The notes under the pieces are model-generated. The model had not been told where the DNA came from. It ran no database searches and saw nothing but the letters and a program-made list of their open reading frames with translations. DNA of 64,000 nt from Nitrospinales bacterium (GTDB lineage Bacteria; Nitrospinota; Nitrospinia; Nitrospinales; VA-1). The stretch's first letter is position 1; every line of letters begins with the position of its first letter. Of the stretch, positions 34,502 through 45,469 are shown piece after piece. The stretch covers positions 448,001 through 512,000 of the forward strand of contig CBDCWG010000012.1 in assembly GCA_965223345.1 (NCBI GenBank), in the 5' to 3' direction. The position numbers and the translations under genes are program-made.

Positions 34502-34702
34502 CTAGATAAACTCGATGATTCGAATTTCGATCAGGGTGCTCCTCCCCCAATTCATTGAAACCGCATCGAATAAGCGGAAGTCGGATATCCGCTTCCAGAT
34601 TGAACCGTCGTTCCCCGGCTGAACGCAAACGCACACGCCACCGCCCTGCGGCGGAATCAAACCGAACAGGCATTCGGACCGTTCCCTTGCTTGGCATTCA
34701 AT

Positions 34703-34719
34703 TTCAATTTCTGTGCCAA
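34703..34719 (-). promoter_or_regulatory. Candidate sigma54 promoter of glnB-glnA (variant -12)
   Basis: Minus strand TTGGCAC-AGAAA-TTGAA (GA in place of GC at -12). Confidence 0.55.
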
Positions 34720-34830
34720 TGCAGGGCTTCCCGCCCACGGGCAAACAACTTGTAAATAATTATTTTTTAAGGGGTTCTAAAATCGAAGGAACTATAGCAC
34801 ATCGAAGGTATTTTTTCAATTTAGAAGAAA

Positions 34831-34847
34831 TGCCGCTTTTTTCAGCA
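34831..34847. promoter_or_regulatory. NtrC-like enhancer site
   Basis: TGC-N11-GCA (TGCCGCTTTTTTCAGCA) about 115-130 nt upstream of the candidate -24. Confidence 0.4.
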
Positions 34848-34879
34848 CAGGACCGATAAACTGTAAACTTTTTAGGCTT

Positions 34880-35527
34880 TTATTGGGGTGCGTCCGCGGC
34901 GTCGGTGAGGGCGTTGAGGGTGTTCTCCAGCTGCCGCCGTTTTTCCTCGAGCGTGTTTTTGTCCGGCCGCGTGGCGAGCACAATGGGGGGTCCGAAATGC
35001 AGGGTGCAGCGGGTGAACGGAAGCGGGATCAAGAACCGGTCCCAGCTTCTAAGGTGCCGCCGGCTGCGGGCGCCGTAAGTCATTGGGATCAAGGGGGCGG
35101 CGGTGATGCCGGCGATCTCCAGCGAACCGGGTTGGGCGATGCGGGCCGGCCCGCGCGATCCGTCGGCGATGACGATGATCCTCTGGTCCTGCTTGAGCAC
35201 TTTGATGAGCTTGCGGGCGGAGGCCACGGCCTGTTTGTAGGTGGAACCGCGGATCACCGAATAGCCCATGAGCCGGGCGAGGCGGGCGAGAAAATCGCCG
35301 TCCTGGCTCGGGCTGATCAACAGGTGCAGGTCGGGCCGGTTGCGGAAATAAAAAAACAGGTAAAAAATCCGGCCGTGCCAGAGGGACAGGATGTAGCGGC
35401 CGGGCAGATACTTGAAGTAGTTTTCCTCCTGCGGGTTTTTGTTTTTCACCCGCAGAGTGCGGCACCAGATGTGCGCGATGGCCCACGCGAGATAAGGGAA
35501 AACGTGGTTGTAGAGAAAGCGTTTCAT
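34880..35527 (-). CDS. DUF374 lysophospholipid-acyltransferase-like protein
   Basis: LWHGR, ISPSQDG, IRGST, ADGSRGP, SWDRFLIPLPF. Confidence 0.88.
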   Translation of the reverse strand: MKRFLYNHVFPYLAWAIAHIWCRTLRVKNKNPQEENYFKYLPGRYILSLWHGRIFYLFFYFRNRPDLHLLISPSQDGDFLARLARLMGYSVIRGSTYKQAVASARKLIKVLKQDQRIIVIADGSRGPARIAQPGSLEIAGITAAPLIPMTYGARSRRHLRSWDRFLIPLPFTRCTLHFGPPIVLATRPDKNTLEEKRRQLENTLNALTDAADAPQ

Positions 35528-36684
35528 ACGTCGGCGGAATTTTCGGGCAACGCCTGGGCGATGTTTGCGGCGATGCGTTTGAGAACCCCCGGCTCGCCCA
35601 GGGATTCCCGCACCTGCCTGAGCCGCGCGCGCAGCGCTTCCCGGCCTTTGGCATCGTTCAACACCACGGACGCATGGCGCGCGACGTTTTCGGCGGTCAC
35701 CTCCCCCTGCAGCAGTTCGGGCACCACGCGCTCGCCCGCAACGATGTTGATGAGGCCGAAATTTTCCGCCTTGACCAGCAGCTTGGCCAGCACGTAGGTG
35801 ATTAGGTTGAGCCGGTAGAGGATGACCATCGGGCAGCCCAGCATGCCCGCCTCCAGCGTCGCCGAGCCGGAGGCGATGACGGCGAAGTCGGCACAGTTCA
35901 GAACGTCGTAGGCCTTTCCCGACACGATGCGGATTTCCGGGACGGCGTGTTCGGTCATCCTGCGGATGCTGTCCGGGTCGATGGAATCGGCGACGGGCAG
36001 CACGAACTGGCAGCCCGGGTTGTCGCGGTGCAGGATCGCGGCCGCTTCGACCATGACGGCGAGCAGGGATTCGATCTCGTTCTTGCGGCTGCCCGGCAAC
36101 AGCGCCACGATCTTTTGCGCGGGGTCGAGTCCGAAATGCTTGAGGGCGGCGTCGCGCGGCATCGTGGGCTTCACCAGATCGACGAAGGGGTGCCCGTGAA
36201 ACACGGCGTCCACCCCCGCATCGCGGTAGAGTTTTTCTTCAAAGGGCAGGATGACGTGCATGCGGGTGACGTCGCGGCGGATGTCCTTCATGCGCCCTTT
36301 GCGCCAGGCCCAGATCTGCGGGCCGATGAAATAATGCACCGGGCAGCCGGCGCGCTTCAAGTGCCGCGCCAGGCGCATGTTGAGGGTGGGGTAGTCGATG
36401 AGAATGGCGGCGTCGAAGGTTTTCCGCCGGATTTTCCGCGTGAGGGTGCGGTACACGTCCCAGTAATGCGGCAGTTCGCCGAGGACTTCGGTGACGCCGA
36501 CGGTTCCGGTCTTTTCGATGTCGAAGAACGTCTCGACGCCGGCCGCGCGCATGCGCTCACCGCCCATGCCGTAAAACCGCGATCCGGGACGGATCGCGGT
36601 GAGGGCTTCGGTCAGGCTCGCCCCGTGCAAATCGCCGGAGGCTTCCCCCGCGACGATGAGTATGCGAAGCGGTGCGTGCGTCAT
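35524..36684 (-). CDS. lpxB: Lipid-A-disaccharide synthase
   Basis: AGEASGDLHG, IDYP, PQIWAWR, LPGSR, ASGSATLE. Confidence 0.96.
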   Translation of the reverse strand: MTHAPLRILIVAGEASGDLHGASLTEALTAIRPGSRFYGMGGERMRAAGVETFFDIEKTGTVGVTEVLGELPHYWDVYRTLTRKIRRKTFDAAILIDYPTLNMRLARHLKRAGCPVHYFIGPQIWAWRKGRMKDIRRDVTRMHVILPFEEKLYRDAGVDAVFHGHPFVDLVKPTMPRDAALKHFGLDPAQKIVALLPGSRKNEIESLLAVMVEAAAILHRDNPGCQFVLPVADSIDPDSIRRMTEHAVPEIRIVSGKAYDVLNCADFAVIASGSATLEAGMLGCPMVILYRLNLITYVLAKLLVKAENFGLINIVAGERVVPELLQGEVTAENVARHASVVLNDAKGREALRARLRQVRESLGEPGVLKRIAANIAQALPENSADV

Positions 36685-36720
36685 GTTCGATCCCCACTGG
36701 TTGCCGAAACGAATTTCACA

Positions 36721-37527
36721 TCAAACGCACACGATGGCAAGACCCGCCGCATCCGCCATCTCCACGACCTTAGGCTGATCGACCACCATCACGCGTTCCG
36801 CTTCCAGGCCCACGGCGCGGGCCCCGCCCTGGATGAGGGTTTCGACGGTCTTGGGTCCGATGCCGGGGCTGTCGTAGCGGTAATCCTGATCGGTGCGGCT
36901 CACTTTGACCGCGACGCATTTTCCTTTCGCCAGAGCGCAGCCGCGTTCGATGGCTCTGTCGGTGCCCTCGATGGCTTCGGCGGCGATGACGGTCTTGTTT
37001 TTGACGACGATGGTCTGGCCGATTTCCAGATCGGCCAGCTGCTTGGCGCGCGGCAGGCCGAACTCGATGTCCTCCCGTTCTTCCCGGGTCGGCGGACGCC
37101 GGGTGAGGACGCCCGCGACAGGGTAGATTTCCCGCAGAAACTCTCTTTGATCGAGCACCTTGAACCCTTCCTTTTCCACTTCCTCGATCATGCCCACCAT
37201 GAGGGTCTTGTCCTCCAGGCTCTTGGCGTTTTTCAAGAACTTGAGCGTGCGCAGATCCAGCCACTGCGGGCGGAAAATCACGCTTTTGTCCACTTTCCCC
37301 AGGATCAGGATGTCGCGGATGTTCTCGTCTTTGAGCGTCTGCATGATTTTCGTGGCGCGGCCGACACCCAGGGCGTAGGCCGTTTCCGCATACGGCTTGA
37401 GGCTTGTGCGGATCGCATCGGTGAAACCGATGGAGACAAGTTGGATGCCGTGTTGAGCGGCTTTGCGGGCAAAGTAGAGGGGGATGTCGCCGGCTCCGGC
37501 GATGAGCCCGATGCGGCGGGTTTTCAC
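36721..37527 (-). CDS. lpxI: UDP-2,3-diacylglucosamine pyrophosphatase LpxI
   Basis: IGLIAGAG.IP, EIGQTIVV, AEAIEGTD, QDYRYDSPGIG; position upstream of lpxB. Confidence 0.9.
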   Translation of the reverse strand: MKTRRIGLIAGAGDIPLYFARKAAQHGIQLVSIGFTDAIRTSLKPYAETAYALGVGRATKIMQTLKDENIRDILILGKVDKSVIFRPQWLDLRTLKFLKNAKSLEDKTLMVGMIEEVEKEGFKVLDQREFLREIYPVAGVLTRRPPTREEREDIEFGLPRAKQLADLEIGQTIVVKNKTVIAAEAIEGTDRAIERGCALAKGKCVAVKVSRTDQDYRYDSPGIGPKTVETLIQGGARAVGLEAERVMVVDQPKVVEMADAAGLAIVCV

Positions 37528-37651
37528 GGGGTGCCTGCCTTCCGGTTGTTGGGGCGAGTCATCGCTGTTCGGTTTCAGTCAGGGACTTCTCTTTGTGCGA
37601 GTCATCGATTCGGGTTTCAGACTGCCGTGACGGCTTGCTTTGACGCGCGGT

Positions 37652-38620
37652 TCATTGCGCATTTTTACTGCCGTTGAACTGGGCGAGTATGTCCAGGGCG
37701 ATCTCCAGGGAATACAGCTCGTCGTCCACCGCGACCTTGCGCGGGCTGCCGTTTTTCACGCAGTCGATGAAGTGCTGCAATTCCAGTTTGAGCGGGTTTT
37801 CCTTGTGCACGAAAATGCGCTCGACCAGCGATTCCTGTTTGTAGCGCAGCGCGCCTTTGTGCAACTGATGCTCGGAGGAAGACTGCCGGTGCACGTAGAT
37901 CTCCTGATCGGTGTAGTCGAGCAGAACGTAGGAATCCTTTTGTGTGACTGAAAGCGTCCGCACTTTGTTCTGCGAGGCGCGGCTGGCGAGGATGTTGGCG
38001 ATGCATTTGTTTTCGAATTCCAGCTGCGCATTGACCAGATCGTCTTTACCGGAAAACACGGAGGTCCCCAGCACGTGCGAGCGGGTGACTTTGGATTTGA
38101 TGAGGTTTAAGATGATGTCGATGTCGTGGATCATCACGTCCAGCACCACGCCGTCGTCGCGGATGCGGTCGCTGAAGGAGCTCATGCGCTTGCACTCGAC
38201 GAACAGCGGTTCGGTGACGATTTTGTGCAACTCCTGCACGGCTCCGTTGAACCGTTCGATGTGACCGATGTGCAGGGTCAGATCCTTGTCGCCGGCGAGG
38301 GCGAACAGCTCCCGCGCCTGGGCGAGGTCGTTGGTGCAGGGTTTTTCCAGCAGAACGTGAACGCCCGCGTTCAAAAGATCCTTCGCCACGCTGTAGTGCA
38401 GGGACGTCGGAACGGCGACGACGGCCAGATCGAGGTCGTTCAGGATTTCGTTGTAATCGGTGTGATGGGCGCAACCGTATTTTTCGGCGATGCTTTTCGC
38501 GCGCTCGGCGTCCACATCGACGACACTCGAAAGCGTGACTTCAGAAATCTGGGACAACACGCCGACATGGTATTCCCCCATCTTGCCCACACCGATGACG
38601 CCTGCTCTCAACCCTCCCAT
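37652..38620 (-). CDS. Gfo/Idh/MocA oxidoreductase, GnnA-like (UDP-GlcNAc 3-dehydrogenase)
   Basis: GVGKMG, EKP, GHIERFN, DVMIHDID; lies between lpxA and lpxI/lpxB. Confidence 0.8.
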   Translation of the reverse strand: MGGLRAGVIGVGKMGEYHVGVLSQISEVTLSSVVDVDAERAKSIAEKYGCAHHTDYNEILNDLDLAVVAVPTSLHYSVAKDLLNAGVHVLLEKPCTNDLAQARELFALAGDKDLTLHIGHIERFNGAVQELHKIVTEPLFVECKRMSSFSDRIRDDGVVLDVMIHDIDIILNLIKSKVTRSHVLGTSVFSGKDDLVNAQLEFENKCIANILASRASQNKVRTLSVTQKDSYVLLDYTDQEIYVHRQSSSEHQLHKGALRYKQESLVERIFVHKENPLKLELQHFIDCVKNGSPRKVAVDDELYSLEIALDILAQFNGSKNAQ

Positions 38621-39390
38621 TATTTCGTGATTCCCCGTGATGAAGTTTTTATAAAGTCGATAAGATAGCGAATTTCATCCGACATTTCAATTTCGTCCTG
38701 GATTTTCCCGATCGCCTGGGTGGTGTTGAGCTCGGGCGTCAAAATCAACTTCAGCGCTTTCTTCAGCCCGGCGCGCACGGCGGGCTTGAAATCGCTGCGC
38801 TTGAGCCCCACGGCGTTGGTGCTGACCAGCCGCGCGGGAGCTCCTTCCACCAGCGAAAAGGGCAGGATGTCTTTGCTCACGGCGGACGCGCCGCCCACCA
38901 TGGCGTGTTTTCCGATGCGTACGAATTGATGCACGCCGACCTGACCGGAGACAAACGCTTTCTCTTCGACGACGACGTGGCCCGAAAGCCCCGTGTAATT
39001 GACGACGATCACCCGGTCGCCGAGTGCGCAATCGTGGGCGATGTGCACGTAGTTCATCAACATGCAATCGCTTCCGATCGTGGTTTTGCCGTTTTCCGTG
39101 GCGCTCCGATGGATGGTGGCGTATTCCCGTACCGTGGTGCCGTCGCCGATCTGCACCGAGGAAGGAGCGTCCTTGTAACCGAGAATCTGTGGCTCGCCGC
39201 CGATGGCGGCGCCTTGAAAAATCCGGCAGTCCCTGCCGATTTGCGTGCGCGCCTCGATGTGAACATGCGGACCGATCCAGGTGCGATCGCCGATTTTCGC
39301 ATCGGGGCCGATGACGGTGTAGGGCCCCACGGCGACTTCGTTTCCCAACTGGGCACGCGGATGGATGTCTGCGCTTTTATGTATGGTCAC
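38620..39390 (-). CDS. lpxA: Acyl-ACP--UDP-GlcNAc acyltransferase
   Basis: Hexapeptide repeats, REYATIHR, HIAHDC, VHQFVRIG. Confidence 0.95.
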   Translation of the reverse strand: MTIHKSADIHPRAQLGNEVAVGPYTVIGPDAKIGDRTWIGPHVHIEARTQIGRDCRIFQGAAIGGEPQILGYKDAPSSVQIGDGTTVREYATIHRSATENGKTTIGSDCMLMNYVHIAHDCALGDRVIVVNYTGLSGHVVVEEKAFVSGQVGVHQFVRIGKHAMVGGASAVSKDILPFSLVEGAPARLVSTNAVGLKRSDFKPAVRAGLKKALKLILTPELNTTQAIGKIQDEIEMSDEIRYLIDFIKTSSRGITK

Positions 39391-39456
39391 ATTCCGGAAC
39401 CGAGAAGAGACGCCACTGCATTCAGGAAGGATTTCGGTCGGATGGAGAAATCATGG

Positions 39457-39903
39457 TTACCCGGAGCCGGTCTCGGTTTTGCCCAGCATGGCCTGCAGGG
39501 TGCCTTCCGCCACCAGCGCATCGCCGACAAACGCGTTGCCCTGAAAGCGGAACAGGGTTCCGCGCTGCTTGATCTTTGTCAATTCCAGCCGCAGGCAGTC
39601 GCCGGGAATCACCGGCTTGCGGAACTTGGCCCCGTCGATGCCGGTGAAAAACACCGAACCGTGCCCCTCCATTTTGAGAATCTTCAGCGCCAGGATGCAG
39701 CCCACCTGGGCCATGGACTCGATGATCAGCACCCCGGGCATCACCGGAAACTCGGGGAAATGGCCCTGGAAAAACGGCTCGTTGACGGTCACGTTCTTGA
39801 TCCCGACGATGCGGGATTCCAGGTCGCACTCGATCACTCGATCGACCAGCAGGAACGGATAGCGGTGCGGGATGATTCGCTTGATTTCTTCAATTTCGAT
39901 CAT
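39457..39903 (-). CDS. fabZ: 3-hydroxyacyl-ACP dehydratase
   Basis: IPHRYPFLLVDRV, GHFPEFPVMPGVLIIESMAQ. Confidence 0.97.
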   Translation of the reverse strand: MIEIEEIKRIIPHRYPFLLVDRVIECDLESRIVGIKNVTVNEPFFQGHFPEFPVMPGVLIIESMAQVGCILALKILKMEGHGSVFFTGIDGAKFRKPVIPGDCLRLELTKIKQRGTLFRFQGNAFVGDALVAEGTLQAMLGKTETGSG

Positions 39904-40005
39904 GATCGGGCACAATTCGATTCAACGGGAAAAAATATCGGGAACGGGTGGATCCATCCAGTGCGAACGGGAGCGGCCGGGGTCATCGCTGTTGCGGGTG
40001 TGCGT

Positions 40006-40554
40006 CTACTTGTAGGTGCGGTCATAGGTTTTGATGGCGAGTTCCGTCAGGTCGTTGCCTTCGTTGTGATACAGGACGGCCTTTTTCTCCAGAATCATGG
40101 TGTACTTTTTATCCTTGCCGATCTTTTTGATCACTTCCACCATCTGGATCAGAAGCTGCTGGGTCATTTCCTTTTCTTTTTTTGCAAACGCGGCGTTCTG
40201 GTCTTCCACATAGCGCTCGAAGGCGACTTTCTGCTTGCGAAAATCATCCTCTTTTTTCTTTTTGAGTTTGGGGTCGAGCACAAAGCTCTGCTTGTTGAGA
40301 TCCTCAAGCATCTTTTTGATCCTCACTTCTTTCTTCGCGATCACGTCTTTTTCTTTTTTGAAGCTGTTTTTGAAAGAAGCGAATCCCCGTTTCCAGCCCT
40401 TGGTGCTGGATATGGCTTTTTGAAGATCGATGAACCCGATGCGCGCGTCCGCCGCGAATGCGGATTGCGAGTTCAGCACGAGGAGCAAGGCGGCAAACAA
40501 AAAGACCCGGCACGCTCTCATCATTGGTGGATGAACACTATACGGATTGTACAT
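40006..40554 (-). CDS. skp: OmpH/Skp periplasmic chaperone
   Basis: Signal peptide, RIGFIDLQK, coiled coil, DLT C-terminus; follows bamA. Confidence 0.88.
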   Translation of the reverse strand: MYNPYSVHPPMMRACRVFLFAALLLVLNSQSAFAADARIGFIDLQKAISSTKGWKRGFASFKNSFKKEKDVIAKKEVRIKKMLEDLNKQSFVLDPKLKKKKEDDFRKQKVAFERYVEDQNAAFAKKEKEMTQQLLIQMVEVIKKIGKDKKYTMILEKKAVLYHNEGNDLTELAIKTYDRTYK

Positions 40555-40591
40555 ATTCCCTCTCAAAGCTTAAGACTGAACATTCAAATGA

Positions 40592-42868
40592 TTAAAAGGA
40601 ACTTCCGGCAGTGAAGTGAAATTCTCCGATATCTTCTCCCGTTTCCCGATCGAGCTTGATCCCGTAGGCAAAGCCCACCGGCCCGAATGGACTGAGGAAA
40701 CGAATCCCCGCACCGACACTGTGGCGCATGTCGCCGAGGTTGATGGTTTCGGCGGTGGTGCTGATATCGGTTCCGGTGCCGTAGACATTGCCGCGATCGT
40801 AAAAAACGAAACCCCGGAAAGATTTCGAAAACGGATACTGCAATTCCGCGTTGAACAGGAGAGACTGGGTACCCCCGAGCGGATCGCCGGTTCCGTTTTT
40901 GGGACCGACATCGCGGATGCTGAAACCTCTCAGGCTTTTCGCGCCCCCCATGAAATACCGTTCGAAGATGGGAAGCTCTTCTCCGTTGTAGCCGTCGGCC
41001 CAGTTGATTTCACTGTGCAGCGCACCCACCAGCTTGCCGATGATCGGGAAGTAATAGGTGACTTCATAGCCACTGCGGAGAAAGTCCGCCCCGCCTAGAA
41101 TTCCGCCTGCAACCTCGAATCGTACCACATGCCTCCAGCCGGTGGAAGGGTTTAAAAAATCGTCGCGGGTGTCGCGGATGTAGCTGGGAGCGATGCGGCT
41201 GGTGGTCCGGGTTTCGTTTTTCAGGAATTCGGTCTCCTCCCCGGGCTCGACATCCCGGACCCGGACCTGTTCCGCCCGGTAGTTCAGCCCCACCCAGTCG
41301 TATTCCGTCAAAGACTTACCGACACGGATGCCGCCGCCACGGTTTCTTGAGGTGAAGCTGAAAAAGTCCGACTCGCGGTTGAACGCGTCCACGCCGAACA
41401 GGATTTCGGTATCGAAAATGCGCGGTTCGGTGAACGAAAGGTTGAAGTCGGTGCGGATCGCCGACAGGCTTGCGGAAAAGACCAGGCGCTGGCCCCGCCC
41501 AAACAGGTTGTCCTGGGAAACGGAGCCGGTGAACACCACTTTTTCCACGGAGCTGAACCCGGCGCCCACGGTGATGGAGCCTGTGGGGCGCTCGGTCACG
41601 GTGGTGACGACGTCGATGAGGTCGGGGTTCTGGCCGCGCCGGGTGTCGATCTTGACGTCTTCGAAAAACTTGAGATTGTTGATGCGCTGCTTGCTGCGCT
41701 TGAGCTTGGTGCTGTCGAACAATTCCCCTTCGCGCAATCTGAACTCGCGCCGGATCACGTTGTCACGGGTGCGGACGTTGCCGAGGATGGAGATTTCACC
41801 GACGTAGACTTTTTTGCCTTTTTGAATCTCGATGTCCAGATCGACCGTCCGTTTCTCGTCGTCGATCTTGGTGACGGGATTGACGTCCGCGTACGCGAAT
41901 CCCCGTGTGGAATACAGATCCGAGACGCCCAGCACATCCTCGCGCAGCTTGGAGACGTTGTACCATTCGCCTTTTTGGGTTTTGACGGCTCCGTACAGCT
42001 CTTCCTCGGTGAAGGTGCCGTCTCCCTGAATCTTCAAACCGGAAATCTTATAACGGGGCCCCTCGACCACGGGAATGGTGATGTAGATTTCCTTTTTCTC
42101 TTTGTTGACGTCGATCTTGGGTTCCTGCACGTTCACCCGCACAAATCCCTTGTCCTGATAAAACGCTTCGATGCGGAACAGGTCCAGCTTCAGCACGTCT
42201 TTTTTATAAATGCCCGAGTCGTCCAGCCAGGAGTACCAGGTCTTTTCCTTGGTCTCCATCTGCTTTCTCAGGACCTTGTCCTTGACGGCGCGGTTTCCCG
42301 AAAAACGGATCGTCTCCACACTCACCTTCTCCCCTTCGGTGATGTTGATGGTGACGTCCACCAGATTGTTTTCCGTCATTTCGGTTTTGATCGCCGCATC
42401 GGCGAAGAAATACCCCTTCTCCTGATAAAACTTTTTGATCTCATCGACGCTTTCCTTCACTAGGTGATTCTGGAACGTGGTGCCGCGCTTCAGGCTGATC
42501 TTCTCGCGGATGTCGTCGGACTCCATCTTCTCGTTGCCGACGAGTTCCACGTCGCCGATCGAGGGGATCTCCTCCACCTTGAAAATGACAGCGAGGCCGC
42601 CGGCCACTTCCTCGGTTTCGACCTGGATGTCCTTGAACTGATCGAGGCTGTAGATTTGTTCGATGTCTTTGCGGATCTTAATGCGGGAGAGGGGTTCGCC
42701 GACTTCGGTCTTGATGTAGTAGAGGATGGTGGAATCGTCTACGCGTTTGTTACCACGGACTTCGATGGATTGAACGATTTGCCCTTCCTGCGCCGTGGCA
42801 GGTGCGGCGCCCAGAAGCGAAACGCAGCCAATACAAAAAATGAGAACGAGCCGGGAGAGTTTCCTCAT
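40592..42868 (-). CDS. bamA: Outer membrane protein assembly factor BamA
   Basis: POTRA repeats (GN..TRD.VIRRE), LRGF motif, SPFGP, C-terminal Phe. Confidence 0.96.
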   Translation of the reverse strand: MRKLSRLVLIFCIGCVSLLGAAPATAQEGQIVQSIEVRGNKRVDDSTILYYIKTEVGEPLSRIKIRKDIEQIYSLDQFKDIQVETEEVAGGLAVIFKVEEIPSIGDVELVGNEKMESDDIREKISLKRGTTFQNHLVKESVDEIKKFYQEKGYFFADAAIKTEMTENNLVDVTINITEGEKVSVETIRFSGNRAVKDKVLRKQMETKEKTWYSWLDDSGIYKKDVLKLDLFRIEAFYQDKGFVRVNVQEPKIDVNKEKKEIYITIPVVEGPRYKISGLKIQGDGTFTEEELYGAVKTQKGEWYNVSKLREDVLGVSDLYSTRGFAYADVNPVTKIDDEKRTVDLDIEIQKGKKVYVGEISILGNVRTRDNVIRREFRLREGELFDSTKLKRSKQRINNLKFFEDVKIDTRRGQNPDLIDVVTTVTERPTGSITVGAGFSSVEKVVFTGSVSQDNLFGRGQRLVFSASLSAIRTDFNLSFTEPRIFDTEILFGVDAFNRESDFFSFTSRNRGGGIRVGKSLTEYDWVGLNYRAEQVRVRDVEPGEETEFLKNETRTTSRIAPSYIRDTRDDFLNPSTGWRHVVRFEVAGGILGGADFLRSGYEVTYYFPIIGKLVGALHSEINWADGYNGEELPIFERYFMGGAKSLRGFSIRDVGPKNGTGDPLGGTQSLLFNAELQYPFSKSFRGFVFYDRGNVYGTGTDISTTAETINLGDMRHSVGAGIRFLSPFGPVGFAYGIKLDRETGEDIGEFHFTAGSSF

Positions 42869-42933
42869 TCCACCATATATAAATTAGATCCCCGGCGGTG
42901 CGGGGATTGTGGGAATTCATGGTTTGAGGCCAA

Positions 42934-42984
42934 AAAAAAGTATTAAGCTTTCGAACCAGTGGGCTGACAGCTTAATACTTTTTT
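42934..42984. terminator. 16-bp inverted repeat between clpC and bamA (terminator or processing hairpin)
   Basis: AAAAAAGTATTAAGCT-19 nt-AGCTTAATACTTTTTT. Confidence 0.6.
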
Positions 42985-43036
42985 CAAAAGATTGATGTCA
43001 TTGGCCGCTTGTTTTTAAGCGGGATTCTAATTCCGA

Positions 43037-45469
43037 TCAACAAGCATTTAGAGCCCCGGCTGATTTTTCTGTGAAAACCAGTTCATCGTCCTGCAAGCCG
43101 ACTTCAATGTGTCCGCCGTTCTTGAACCTGCCTTTCAGCATCTCATCGGAGAGCTTGTCTTCCAGGTATTTCTGGATGGCGCGTTTCAAGGGACGCGCAC
43201 CGAAATGCTTGTCGTAGCCCTTCTCCGCCAGCCAGCGCTTGGCCTGGGTGGTCATCTCCAGGGTGAGTCCCTGCTGGATCAACTGCTCGTTGACCTGATC
43301 GAGCTGAACGTCCAGGATCTCCACGATGTGGTCCAGATTCAACGGACGGAAAACCACCATCTCGCTGATCCGGTTCAAGAATTCAGGATTGAAAGTCCGC
43401 TTCAAGTCCTGTTTCAGCTCCTTCTGCATTTTCTCGAAGGTCAACTCTTCGTCGTCTTTCTGGAAGCCGAGCGTTGAGCCCTTGTCGAGCGCTTTGGAGC
43501 TGATGTTGGAAGTCATGATGATGACGGTGTTCTTGAAATCGATCACGCGACCGTAGCTGTCGGTCAGGCGGCCGTCATCCATGATCTGCAGCAAAAGATG
43601 AAAAACGTCCGGGTTTGCTTTCTCTATTTCATCAAAAAGCACGACGGAGTAGGGCTTGCGCCGCACTTTCTCAGTCAGTTGCCCACCTTCCTCATAGCCG
43701 ACATAGCCTGGAGGCGCGCCGGTCAGCCGGGACACGTTGAATTTTTCCATGTATTCGGACATGTCCAGCCGCACCAGTGCGTCGCGGTTGCCGAACAGAA
43801 ATTCCGCCAGCACGCCCGCCAGTTCGGTTTTGCCCACACCGGTGGGTCCGAGAAACAGGAAGGTGCCGATCGGCCGACGCAGATCCTTGAGCCCCGAGCG
43901 CGAACGACGGATGGCCTTGGTGATGACCTTGATCGCTTCGTCCTGCCCGACGATCTTGCCGGCGAGCTCCTTCTCCATGTTGAGAAGCCGTATGCTTTCT
44001 TTCTCTTCGATGCGGGAGAGCGGGATGCCCGTCATGCTCGACACCACGGCGGCGATGTCCTCCTCGGTGATCGAGGGCTCGCTCATGTCCTGCTCGCTCT
44101 CCCAGCTGCTCTTGACCTTCTCGAGTTCCTCGCGCAAAGTTTCTTCCTTGTCGCGCAGCTCGACGGCCTTCTCAAATTCCTGGTTTTCGATGCAGATTTT
44201 CTTGTCCCGGATGATCGCGTCGATGTCGCGCTGGATCTTGCGCATCTCGGGAGACTGGGTCACCTTGCGCAGCCGCACCCGCGAACCGGCCTCGTCGATC
44301 ACATCGATGGCCTTGTCCGGCAGGAACCGGTCGCTGATGTAGCGGTCGGAATAACGCACGGCGGTGAGGATCGCATCGTCGGTGATCTTGGCCTTGTGGT
44401 GCATCTCGTAGGGAACCTTGAGCCCCTTGATGATCTCGATCGTTTCCTCGATCGTGGGCGGGTTCACCATGATCGGCTGGAACCGCCGTTCCAGCGCACC
44501 GTTTTTCTCGATGTACTTGCGGTACTCTTCCAGCGTGGTCGCGCCGATGCACTGGATCTCGCCGCGCGACAGGGCGGGCTTGAGCATGTTGGAGGCATCC
44601 ACCGAACCTTCCGCGGCGCCCGCACCCACCAGGGTGTGGAGCTCGTCGATGAAGAGGATGATGCTTTCGTTCTGCACGATTTCCTTCATGATGCCTTTCA
44701 ACCGGGCCTCGAACTGACCGCGGTACTTGGTGCCGGCGATCAACGATCCCAGATCCAGGGAAACCACCCGCTTGTCGAACAAGGTGTCGGGCACTTCCCG
44801 CTCTACGACCAACTGCGCCAATCCCTCGACGATCGCCGTCTTGCCCACCCCCGGCTCGCCGATGAGCACAGGGTTGTTTTTGGTGCGGCGGCTCAAAATC
44901 TGAATGACGCGCTCGATTTCCTTGCTGCGTCCGATGATGGGATCGAGCTTGCCGTCCAGCGCCATCTTCGTGAGATCGCGGCTGAACTCATCGAGCGTCG
45001 GGGTTTTGCCGACTTCGCGTGCGCTTTCAGTGGGCTCTCTGAACATCTCGACAATTTTTTCCTTCACATCATCGAAGTACATTCCGAAACTGTTCAGAAC
45101 CCGGCAGGCGACCCCTTCTTTCTCTTTCAACAGCCCCAACAGAAGATGCTCGGTCCCGATGTAGTTGTGATTCAGGGAGCGGGCTTCCTCGACCGCAAAT
45201 TCCAAAACTTTCTTGGCTCGCGACGTAAAAGGGATATCACCGATGATCAACGAGTTGGAACTGCGCGGGAGATTCTTCTCCAGCTCTTTTTTCAACTCGC
45301 GCAGGTCCGTTCCGGATTTCTGGACAATCGCCACCGCGATGCCGCCTCCGTCTTTCACGATACCTTGCAATATGTGTTCCGTTCCAAGATATTCATGCCG
45401 GTAGAGTTCCGCTTCTTCACGCGCAAGAATGATGACTCTGCGAGCTCTTTCTGTGAATCGTTTAAACAT
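43037..45469 (-). CDS. clpC: ATP-dependent Clp protease ATPase ClpC
   Basis: [12 protein letters not shown]lp-N repeats, two AAA+ modules ([16 protein letters not shown]), UVR linker, LGF ClpP-docking loop. Confidence 0.95.
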   Translation of the reverse strand: MFKRFTERARRVIILAREEAELYRHEYLGTEHILQGIVKDGGGIAVAIVQKSGTDLRELKKELEKNLPRSSNSLIIGDIPFTSRAKKVLEFAVEEARSLNHNYIGTEHLLLGLLKEKEGVACRVLNSFGMYFDDVKEKIVEMFREPTESAREVGKTPTLDEFSRDLTKMALDGKLDPIIGRSKEIERVIQILSRRTKNNPVLIGEPGVGKTAIVEGLAQLVVEREVPDTLFDKRVVSLDLGSLIAGTKYRGQFEARLKGIMKEIVQNESIILFIDELHTLVGAGAAEGSVDASNMLKPALSRGEIQCIGATTLEEYRKYIEKNGALERRFQPIMVNPPTIEETIEIIKGLKVPYEMHHKAKITDDAILTAVRYSDRYISDRFLPDKAIDVIDEAGSRVRLRKVTQSPEMRKIQRDIDAIIRDKKICIENQEFEKAVELRDKEETLREELEKVKSSWESEQDMSEPSITEEDIAAVVSSMTGIPLSRIEEKESIRLLNMEKELAGKIVGQDEAIKVITKAIRRSRSGLKDLRRPIGTFLFLGPTGVGKTELAGVLAEFLFGNRDALVRLDMSEYMEKFNVSRLTGAPPGYVGYEEGGQLTEKVRRKPYSVVLFDEIEKANPDVFHLLLQIMDDGRLTDSYGRVIDFKNTVIIMTSNISSKALDKGSTLGFQKDDEELTFEKMQKELKQDLKRTFNPEFLNRISEMVVFRPLNLDHIVEILDVQLDQVNEQLIQQGLTLEMTTQAKRWLAEKGYDKHFGARPLKRAIQKYLEDKLSDEMLKGRFKNGGHIEVGLQDDELVFTEKSAGALNAC

